A stretch of DNA of 56,464 nucleotides from Polymyxa betae A26-41 (Eukaryota > Protista > Endomyxa: Phytomyxea): positions 1 through 56,464 of the forward strand of contig RBZT01000281.1 of NCBI GenBank assembly GCA_003693705.1. Reading direction: 5' to 3'. Positions 39,053 through 48,947 of the stretch are shown one piece after another. The notes beneath the pieces are model-generated. The model searched no databases. It was not told the origin of the DNA and saw only the letters and a list, made by a program, of their open reading frames with translations. Numbering within the stretch: the first letter of the stretch is position 1; every line of letters starts with the position of its first letter. The translations under genes were made by a program, and so were the position numbers.

Positions 39053-40610
39053 TTATTTCAGCCAGCGCAGGCGATGGCTTAAATAGACGGAATATTGCGG
39101 GAAGAAGATGACACAGATTCGTCCGACGACCATCAAATAACGCTGCCAAAGCGCGCCGAGCTGTTCGTAATCAGACGCGGACGGGAACGAATCGCAAAGC
39201 GCCTCGAAGAACAGCTGCACGTCCTTCTGTTGCATGATCAATCTGCAGAGTGGATGGACGATCTGTTCAGTGATGTCCAGGAACAGATCGCTGAGAGCTT
39301 TCGGGCGATTCAGCGCCGAACCGATCGTGCAAAGAACCTTGACAATGGCGACGACCCGAGTCGAGAGCTTGAGCAAATCGGCATGGCCACGCCCGGATTC
39401 GATTATTTCGCGCAAGGCGACCTCGACCCGAGCTCGGTAGAGATCCATCAGCTCGCGATTGTTCGCCAGCAGAAGCTTCAGGTCGCGCAGCTCCGAGATG
39501 AATTCGTGGTCGAGGTCGTGGGTCCCTTCAACGGTCCATTTCTTCATTAAGACGCCGGCGATCTGCAGAATATCGGATAGATTCGCCGGCCGTAGCTTTC
39601 TTTTCAACGTTTCTGGGCGATTTTAAGCGACAAAACCTTTGTTAAAAATGTTTCCTCCTGACCGAAGCGGTAGCGAGACAGGAAGATCAGGCGAGCGTAT
39701 TTGATAGCCAGCCCTTGTGATAGCATGAATTGCGATTGTATTTCAGTAACCAAATTGATTCCTGCAAATGGATTAGTTAGGGATCAGAATGGCTGCTAAT
39801 AGGACATATACCTCTTTCTTCTCGATCGTCTTCGCCTAACACACGAGAAATCCGCCTCAGGTTCTCAATCTATGTGGTAATTCAGAAAAGAACACATTTT
39901 TGTCTACGAAGAGATACCTGTCTTGATACGCTGGCTAATTGAAAATGCGTTCGTTCGGCAAGCGTCTCGAGTTCTTTTCTGAAATTGTGCCTGCTGAGTT
40001 TATGCCCGACAATCTCACGACACAAATCGGTGTCTAGGCTATAATAGCTGCAAAAGCAGTCTGAGAACGAATAGTAAAAATAGACGGAAAAAAAATACAA
40101 AAACAAGAAAGCAACCAATGTTGTTTGAGATATCTGTCTACGAGTATCTGAAGCCTTATTTAGATAAATGTTATGGAGAAATAACAGAAAACGCAAACTA
40201 GAATACGAACCTCTCGACCATCCTTTGAAGCGTATCTGGGTGAAGTTCCAACAGCGGGAATTTGGAGCGGAAATTGCCAGGACGATGCAGCAACGGGATG
40301 AATAACTCGAAGATGTTAAACTGGTCCTGGGTCTCACACGTGATACAATGTCGCAGGCGATCTTTATCCTTGCCATTGGCATTCAGGCCATATTCGTGCA
40401 GAGAGCTGGCGATCGCCGCCTCCACTAAACAATGACTGATTCGGTCCAGTTCGGGCGACGACGCTTACCGGTGTAGCCGTCTATCCAGATATCATACAAG
40501 GTTATGTCGATTCGAACCGGCGACAGGCACAGGGCATGGAATTCGATGTCGGGATGGGCCTGGCCAGGGATGCCGGACGAGCTCGTCTTTCGTGATAGCC
40601 GCGTGAACAT
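39053..40610 (-). CDS. FIBP: Acidic FGF intracellular-binding protein (FIBP) homolog
   Basis: IDITLYDIWIDGYT, YYSLDTDLCREIVGHKLS..RKELE..LASVSRQ, LAIKYARLIFLSRYRF, LRDLKLL and DLFLDITEQIVHP. Confidence 0.85.
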
Positions 40611-41052
40611 ACAAACAGCAATAGAGTGAGTCTCGTAACAGCTGACCTCCAAATCACGCGCAGCGATTTGACAGAAATTTCCACAGAAAGCGAATCAGCC
40701 TGCAGACGCCTACAGCTCCTAGAACTTACTGTACTTTGGTTTTGCATATGAAATCGATCTAATATAGTTCTAGCAAGAAATAGTGAATCTCAGCGCTTTT
40801 TTAGATGGAAGTTATCATATGTTGTCTAATAGAAGCTAGAATGGAATAAGATTGTAACTTACATCTAGAGAGCCTTTGTTCAAGCTTGCATGTCTTATCA
40901 CTTGAAAAGAGAAAACCTCTCAAGTGATAAAAGAATTTGGAAAAACTCGAGTATAAACTTCTGAAAAAGTTGAGTGGAACGCAGAAATATTTTCCGTAAA
41001 AGTTTTCCAGCGCCATCTTCAGACTTCAGTCATTATTGATGGTAACTTGGCC

Positions 41053-42300
41053 ATGATTAAACGTCAAGCGGTCCAGTATAGACGAGGTCAGCGTCCTACC
41101 TGGTTAGACGAGCCGGAATCGCAGGCACCAACCGAGGCTGCCGTTGAAGAGGAAGCCTCGGTAGTTGTTGAGGATGATCGGCGTCAGCCTGTCTCGAAAG
41201 GCGCACGAAGCCGCATTCAAGTTCGTGTCGTTGAAGCTTATGTCGAAGGCGAGAGGAAACCAGAGCCGTCTAGGAAAGCGCCAGTTATTGAAACTGATGG
41301 GCTGGAGGTCCCTGAAGCTGCTGTCGAAGTCGATGAGGATGATGTTGAAGAGAGGCGACGTCGAGCTCGTTTAAAATTAGCCCAGGCAGAGGTCGAGGTC
41401 GCAGTGCCAGCAGCTGATATTCCAGACCTCGAAGAGATTGTCGAAGTGGAAGAAGAGGAAGAGGAGGAAGAAGAAACAGAAGAAGAGGAATCCGAAGACG
41501 ATGGCGATTACGATTACGGCCGCGTTTTGATGAAGCCCGTTTTCGTCTCAAAGGCCAATCGAAACACGGCCACTGATCGCGTAAATATCGTTGATTCCAA
41601 AGAGATCGATAAGAACGACGAGATCCGAGCAGACGAGCGCAAACAAGAGATCGAACAAAGGCTGATCGATGCAATTCAGCGCGAAGAGACCGAAAGGGAG
41701 CTTGCAGCGAAAGCGGCGAAGATTGGAATCCCGGACGATACTGATCTTCCCGACGACCCGGTTGAATACGAGAAATGGAGGCTGCGAGAGATGGTTCGTA
41801 TCCTGCGAGATCGTGAGGCTCGTCGTCTTGCTGAAGAGGAGCGTGCTGAGACGGAACGCCGACGGCTTCTTTCTGATGAAACCATCATGAAAGAGCACCA
41901 AGAAAAGGAGGCAGCGGCACCGCCCAAAGCCAAGATCAAATTCCTCCAGAGGTATCATCACAAAGGCGTTTTCTACACCGATTCTATCGATCAAGATTTG
42001 CTGCAACGAGACCATCTTGTGGCGACCGGAGTAGACGCCGAAGTCGATCGTTCACTGCTTCCGAAAGTGTTGCAGGTGAAGAACTTCGGTTTGGCGAGCC
42101 GAACGAAATGTAACTATGCTATAGCCTGTGCTTGATATTCTTTTAATCCAGATTTAGATACACATTTGACCGATCAGGATACATCTAGGGATGATCCCTG
42201 GGCAGAAGAAAAATCGTTTGCCCGGCCGACAGGGTTCTCAAGCAAGCGAGCTGAAGAGGCCAGCAGGGATCGGGATCCTAAGCGCCCTCGAACAACGTAA
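41053..42300 (+). CDS. MFAP1: MFAP1/Spp381-family splicing factor
   Basis: LMKPVFVSK, EYEKWRLREMVRILRDR, KFLQRYHHKGVFY and LPKVLQVKNFG..RTK|YTHLTDQDTS. Confidence 0.95.
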
Positions 42301-42452
42301 TCTATATTTAATATAATGATATTGCTTTTAAATCTACTCGATTACCGGATTTTATATTCATAAGAAACGTCCTGTTTATAGTTTTAAAACTTCCGAATGA
42401 AATAATACAATATTTTGAGACATTAATGTCTTTCGAGAAGATTCTTGCATGA

Positions 42453-44225
42453 TCAAACTGCATCGGCGATTCGCACATGTGCCAGCTCAGTAGGCTTTGG
42501 TTGGACGATAACCGCATTGGCATCCGCCGCTGCAGCTCGAGGTCCTCCCCAGGAACGTACTCTGAACGTAAACATGCCGTATATTTGGAAGATCGCCGAG
42601 AAGATGGGCAGGAACAGCAAGATCAGGGGATAGCCAAAGACGACTTTATACCGATTGATGTGAACCGCCCAGCTGCTGACAAACAACCAGATCGGGATGA
42701 ATATCATGACCGCGAATCCGATCGTCTGCCAAGTGCCATGGCCTAAAGCCGCCTCCATGAAGAACACGTAGACAAACAGCGGACCGTTCTTCAAGGCCGA
42801 TAATCCAATCAGGACGTTCAAACCGGGGAACTGCATCCAGAGAACCGGTGACGTCAACATGTAAATTTCGTTCGTGACTGTCCCGAGATACCATCGGCGG
42901 CGCTGCTTCATCAGCGACCGAAAGCTATCACAGCCTTCGGTCTTGCAACGGGCGGCCGGGCAGAACCCGATTCGGTATTTTCCTGCGCGCTTCTCCATGA
43001 GCAGATGCGTTAGATAACGATCCTCGCCCAGATGCGTTCGGTTGAAATCGAAATCGTCTTCGGCGGTCATCTCCCCGAAGTAAACATCAGCGACGGATTC
43101 CAGCGCTTCGAATCGGACCATCGTTAGAGCGCCGGGTAAGCACGACACCGACCCGAGATAGTCCTCCGTGTTTCGCTGCAGCATCTGCGACTCGATATAT
43201 TCGCTGTCTTGGATGAGTTTGTAGAAACTGTACGTGCCGGCAGTCTTGCAGGTGATCAGGCCGGTCAGCGCCTCACGACTGATGCCTTTATGCCGGTTCA
43301 TGTCGTAGACGAAATGGGCCATGGCGGTCGGTTCCAGTTCGATATCACTATCGATGAAGAGCAGCAGCGGCTTCACAGCCAACTGCCTGTAATGCTTCTG
43401 CAGATACTGGAAGGCGCACATCTGCGCGTGACGCTTGCCGCCGTGCTCGAATCGGCATGGCGTTATAATCAGGTTGCGATATTTGATATCGCCGATGAGC
43501 GGGTAATCTTTCGGGTCGTTCGAGATGCCAAGCTCGGCCTGGCCTTCGGCCGTCGATAACAGCTTGTAATCCGGGTTCGGATTGCCGCTCGTTAGACAGT
43601 AGATGACCGCTTTGTAGACCAAGGTGAGCTTGTCGTCGTCGAACGCCATCAACAGATGCAAGCGCTTCTTCGGATATTTCGCTTGAACGACCGAGTTGAC
43701 GGCGACCATCAGCGTTTCGATGGGCTCGTTATAGATGGGCATGACGACGGTGATGGCTGGTAGACCGTCCTTCTTTCCACTCACTTCAGCTCGAAGCAGA
43801 CCCGAAACATCGCGATTGTTGGGCGACCGACGCCAGGCGTCCGAGGCGCAGCCGATCTTGAACCAGGTCGTGGCGATCAGCAGGATCGGCTCGAAATACA
43901 GGAATCGGACCCATTCGCGATCGAAAATCGAGCCGACCCAGGGCCGTTGCAGAAGCAGGATCCCGCTCCAGTTGATGATGGTGATGAGGATGTAATAGAC
44001 GAAGCCGTTATAGCCAATATAAGCAACAAGATAGAGAAGGGCCGTCAGTCGAGTTCGGAACGGGAAATCGTTGGACTTTTCGCCGTCCCGAATCACTTTC
44101 GCTAACGTAACGACATAGACGGTGAAGTAGGAGATGGCGTGACCCAGGGCGATTACCAGGAAGAACGACACGACGCCGTTCGTGATCAGGGCGGAATTCG
44201 ACCCCAGCCACTGGACGACATCCAT
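42453..44225 (-). CDS. Chitin synthase (GT2), resembling fungal class VI / division 3 (ChsD-like)
   Basis: HGGKRHAQ, LFIDSD, QDSEY, SCLPGALT, HLGEDRYLT and QRRRW, with flanking TM helices. 590 aa, intronless. Confidence 0.9.
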   Translation of the reverse strand: MDVVQWLGSNSALITNGVVSFFLVIALGHAISYFTVYVVTLAKVIRDGEKSNDFPFRTRLTALLYLVAYIGYNGFVYYILITIINWSGILLLQRPWVGSIFDREWVRFLYFEPILLIATTWFKIGCASDAWRRSPNNRDVSGLLRAEVSGKKDGLPAITVVMPIYNEPIETLMVAVNSVVQAKYPKKRLHLLMAFDDDKLTLVYKAVIYCLTSGNPNPDYKLLSTAEGQAELGISNDPKDYPLIGDIKYRNLIITPCRFEHGGKRHAQMCAFQYLQKHYRQLAVKPLLLFIDSDIELEPTAMAHFVYDMNRHKGISREALTGLITCKTAGTYSFYKLIQDSEYIESQMLQRNTEDYLGSVSCLPGALTMVRFEALESVADVYFGEMTAEDDFDFNRTHLGEDRYLTHLLMEKRAGKYRIGFCPAARCKTEGCDSFRSLMKQRRRWYLGTVTNEIYMLTSPVLWMQFPGLNVLIGLSALKNGPLFVYVFFMEAALGHGTWQTIGFAVMIFIPIWLFVSSWAVHINRYKVVFGYPLILLFLPIFSAIFQIYGMFTFRVRSWGGPRAAAADANAVIVQPKPTELAHVRIADAV

Positions 44226-45802
44226 GGAATCACCGACGAGGGAAATATGGGGGCAGTAATTTAAAGGCTCCTAGGACGACAATGACGAATTCTGGTCGGA
44301 TTCGAGACATGTGTAAGGAAGCTGACTCATGGTGTTGGATGCCCAATGAGTCATTGCTGCCGAACTGAGTACAGATTTGTAGGTTGCTTCCGATCACGAA
44401 ATGGAGCGAATCAGACAGAGCTGGCCAGGCGCTTCTCCCATATAAGCCAGCCCATATAAGCTAGCCTAATGGCGTCAATATGGCAGCGCTTTGGTGAAAT
44501 CGTAGGAGATACCCGATAAGGCGATAATTGAGAGCGATTTGATAGGTTATTGTAGTGAACGAATTCATCTCGGATTGATTCTCCTCCCGAGACTTAGAAA
44601 CAGGGTCCATTCAAGGTCCATCTTGCTTTATAGCCAGTTGAACATTCAAACGCCCGCAATTAGACAGGTGACACGGTCATCATGCATCTGTGCAGTTCGA
44701 TCATCATTTGTGGAAGCCAAAGGGTGAGTGATTGGTGGAACTGCTGACCACAATCCGGTGAACCGTTGCAGTCTCTGTCTAGCAATAATGTTGCCAAAAT
44801 CTTCAATAGAGTATGATCACGCTAGTCCTTGACGATATCAAATTGGAGATTCGTGTTGTCCATGATTGCCAGAATCTCTCGTTCGTGGCCATCAACCTGC
44901 ATAAACACCAGCTTTTGAAGCTATTGAGCGCTATTGTCGAAAGATCTTTTCGACGATAAACTGCATAACCCCAGCGCCTGTAGCTAGGATAGCTAGAACC
45001 AGCCTTCCAAGGGTGAGAAATGCTGAGGAAGCAGCGCTGCAAGATGACCTCTAATTGCAACCAACCCGCAAGCAGAACCGTGAACGCCATAATAGGAACT
45101 GTCACATCGCCATCATTGATTATCAAACAAGCAGGCGGTGAAACTGACATTAAAGATATTAGGTAATTAAGCTTGCAACGACATTCATATATTATATAAG
45201 ATGGGAGACAAGCTAGCTAAAGAAGCAAAAGATTAAGTACATCTTTTACAGGGTAGAGGATGCTGAATAGAATACTTGTTCAATGAAACCAGTTCAACGC
45301 CATAAATGTTTCACAAAGTTAGAACAATTCAAGCGTTCTGGTAAACTCATCTCCACAAAATATTCTACCAAGTTCTTTTCTTATTAACAACCTTTCCAGT
45401 CTAACTCCCTCTGTTCTGAAAATGATACGGAGTATTATAATATCATTGAAGGGTGTTACTATTTATTGTGGTATGGAGGTTTGTAATTGAGAAAAAATTA
45501 AAATCCTCATTCATACCGTCGCGGACATCTTAACTGTCATAAACTGACCGGGTTGTTGCAAACTGAATCCAAAAGTGCGTACGCAGAAAACGTTATTGCG
45601 TGACTTCGCAATAAAAATTGCGGACGCAAAATCTCAGTTTTTTATTTAGAGCTCCTCTCTGTTCCACCACGCTCTCCAATGCTGAGTGAGCTGAACTGCT
45701 TTACGAATCCATTTCGCTAACCGCTGCGTTCGTGGCAAGCCGAATAAATTTTGGAAAAATTTATCACAGTTTGAAGGAAACTTCGATTTGATTTATTGAG
45801 GA

Positions 45803-45992
45803 TTGGTGCCGCAACGCTCTGCTGTAGTGCAATACAGAGGTCACGTGCGACCAGCAGGGATGGCAAGCCAGAGCCCCGACCAGTCAGGCGACAAAAATAA
45901 TCGTGAACAGTGTCCCCAGTGGAGACAAGAACTTTGTCACGAGTTCTAGAACAGATACTACACTTGATCTTAGCCAAAAGGCCGAGAAGGTT
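45803..45992 (-). ncRNA. U2: U2 spliceosomal snRNA
   Basis: Reverse strand has CCTTCTCGGCCTTTTGGCTAAGATCAAGTGTAGTATCTGTTCT (invariant 5' domain with branch-pairing GTAGTA), Sm site ATTTTTG and loop IV ATTGCACTAC. About 190 nt. Confidence 0.97.
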
Positions 45993-46017
45993 GCTTTCAA
46001 TAACGAAATCGCCGTCC

Positions 46018-46055
46018 TTATATAGCCACCGAAATGCCCGTTGCCATTATGGGAC
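46018..46055 (-). promoter_or_regulatory. Putative U2 promoter: TATA box (~-30) and USE/PSE-like GTCCCATAATG (~-60)
   Basis: CTATATAA at 46025-46018 and GTCCCATAATG at 46055-46045, upstream of the U2 5' end. Confidence 0.45.
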
Positions 46056-46200
46056 CTTTTTAGTTAATGCGCCTTACCAAATGTGGCGCACATTTCCACC
46101 AAGTGCCGCACATTTTGTCTCAACTTGCGCAGATATTCGTTGCATACAATGGGTTACCTTTGTCATTTTGGCGCGAGAATTCCTATTGGCGTCCCAGCTC

Positions 46201-47940
46201 ATGAAACGTCGCCACAACGACCTCATCGAGGGCGAGAGATACGCCGCGCCCGACAGCAAACGCACGGCCTGCAGCGCTGTCGATGCTTGCGAGAAATGGA
46301 GCCAGGCTCTGAGTCAGCACACTGAGGAGCCCGTCGTCTACGATCGGGTCGGCGACCGCATCATCGTCCCTGTAATCGGCAGCTATAATGCTGGGAAATC
46401 AGGTTTGCCTCCTTGCTATCTTTCGTTAGGTTTTGATGATCGTAAACTTGTTCATACAATTTTAACATTTTGCAATTCATTATAATCGATTGTGTGGCAT
46501 GTTTACTGAGTATTTCTGTCTAAAGCGCTCGTCAATCGAATTATATCAGAAGAGCTATTAATATCAGCTCCCGTTGAGCAGACAGCAGTGCCTTGGTGCA
46601 TCCTACAGCCGGATACATCACCACCTCCCCTACAGCATCGATTCCCGAACATAGTCTTCGTCAATGCTGCTCGAATGCCATACGAGAACATGGTGCTGGT
46701 AGATACGCCCGGATACGGTGTAAGCTGGCAAACCCTTCGCTATACATCCATACCAATCTGCAATTAGGGCATCGACCCGGTCGATGTATGTTTAGAGCCT
46801 TTACTTAGTGTCTCACATGCTGCTATCCTCTGTATATCATCCCAGACACCCGTTACGCTTTCCGATATCACAATCTTGAAGCAGTTACGTCATTACCGGC
46901 ATAAACTTTTCATCGCCCTCACAAAGGTGTCGTCATTGCTCACAGTTCGATCCATTGCTAATCAACCACAGGCTGATTTATGCAAGGAAGGGAACGAATT
47001 AGAAGCTGTGGTGGCTTCTGTGAAAGCTCGCCTCTCACCCATCCTGCATTATAGCCCCGAGGTCTACCCGGTCTCATCGCTATTAGAATCGCCGTTCGAA
47101 TTCGCCAAACTCAGCTCCATGATCCACGCTCTGGATTGTAATGCGACCCAGAGAAGGACGTTGCTGCTGCGCAGGGCGCTGGACGTGCTCAGCGTCCGCA
47201 ACGACGACGTCGTACAGGACCTTGAGACGCGACGCCAGACGCATCGCGAAGCGTCGGCCAAGTTTAGCGAGATGACGTCTCGTATCGGGCAGATGTGCCG
47301 CGATATTATCAGCGAAATCGCTGCTTGTCGGCATGCGCTGCGTCGCCAGGTGCATCTGCAGCCGAGCGGCAGCGAAGGGCCAGCGCTATCGGCGCCGCTT
47401 TCCGGTCTGCGAACGCAGATCGATCACGCCGTGATCAGCATCACGCGCGACTATAAAGACATCCCTCAAGACCGGCTGTTGCTGTTCCGTCAGGAGACGA
47501 GCAAGAAGCTCAGACAGGCGGAAGCGGTGATGGAGACGGCCGGCGAGCCCGAACCGGAAACGGCAGCGCAGCCGTACGAGAAAGGGTTAACGGCAACGTC
47601 GGCGGCAGGTGTCATGATTGCGACCGCCTTGAATCCGGTGGTTGGTGTCGGTGCCGCTGTCGCCTGGTTCGCCGCCTCGAAATATATGAACCGGAGGTCG
47701 GATGAGGAAAATGCTGTTCAAAGGAAGCTGCTTGGCATTCCGTTGACTGTATTGGATCTGATCGCCAGCGATATCAGCCGATTGGAGAACACTTTGGTCG
47801 GGCCGCTTCTGGAGAAGGCCGCCTTGGCCGATTCGGAAGCTTCCGCTGCACAAGACAAGATTGACGAACTCGAGCGTATTGGGCGTGCTTGCAGGCGCGA
47901 TATCAATGCGGATATCGACTGCCCGAAGAAATCCGAATAA
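46201..47940 (+). CDS. Dynamin-like GTPase of bacterial DLP/mitofusin type (3 introns)
   Basis: G1 VIGSYNAGKS, G3 LVDTPG, G4 LTK|AD, a helical stalk and a hydrophobic segment AAGVMIATALNPVVGVGAAVAWF. Confidence 0.75.
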
Positions 47941-47996
47941 ACCACGACCTCGGATCAATGAAAGATCGAACAGTCTACCTCGTTTAGTGTATCAGA

Positions 47997-48900
47997 ATGG
48001 AGGTGGCGGCTGGTCTCCGACGACCGTCCAGCCGTGTGTCAAGGGCGGCGCTCAGGCTGCCGTCAGACGAACAGCATGAAACTCAGACCGACGAGGATAA
48101 GTTCGTAGCCTCAGCTGGAGATTATCTCGAGCGGCATCAAATCTGGGACCTGTTTGCTTCGCTGATGGGACGCTTAGCGATTGACAAGCCGACTGATCCC
48201 GTCTCGTATCTGATCGACGAACTGAAATACCCTACTTGTCAGACCGATGCTTGCGCTATTATCGTTATGGTTGAATTTAGCTTTTAGCGACATTGAAGGT
48301 GGTCGTAATCGGTGGAACGCATGGAGGGAAGTCGTCAATCTGTGCGAATGTCACTCGTGAATTTAAAACCGAATGTAACGGGGAGCTCTTTTGGAGTTTT
48401 TATGCCTAATATTGCTTGTATAGTGGTGGTCGTATCAAATTTGCTGGATAAGGAAGCTTCGAGCGATTCCGAAGCGGGCTCCACCATCCGGGCTTGCCGG
48501 GAACGGAACGAGCAGGTCCCGCCCGATCTTATAGCCACCATTCTGAAACGGGCATTGGACACGCCCAATTGTAAATTGCACGGATGGGTTCTCGATAATT
48601 ATCCCACGACCCGGCGACAAGCCGAAGCAATGCTTCGAGGTAAATCGCCCCACTCCTAGATTCATCATGTTTTTCATCGCGCCAACAGCGGGTATCCTAC
48701 CAAACAAGGTCCTGGCCATCGATCGAGGCGCTATCGACAGCGAGATGAATAATACGCTGGATCTGTTCAAGCGTGATTTCTGCATAATCGGCGCCGGCAC
48801 GCTGCCAATTGCTTGGCAGAAAGCTCGAGAATACCTGACGATTGCCGAGCCCAGCCATGCATCGCAGCGTGCTTGCCAACCAGATAGCACAAGCAAGTAG
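47997..48900 (+). CDS. Adenylate kinase-like protein with RIIa/Dpy-30-like docking domain (AK8-like, ciliary type)
   Basis: YLERHQIWDLFASLMGRLAIDKPTDPVSYL, P-loop IGGTHGGKS, GWVLDNYPTTRRQA and GILPNKV. Confidence 0.75.
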
Positions 48901-48947
48901 CGTTCTGGCTGATTTCTGCTAGAATCGATAAAATTGAGGCGACAGTA

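Noticed and set aside
40895-40930. 11-bp perfect inverted repeat between FIBP and MFAP1
   Set aside because: A single AT-rich hairpin with no other support; prokaryotic terminators do not apply here.
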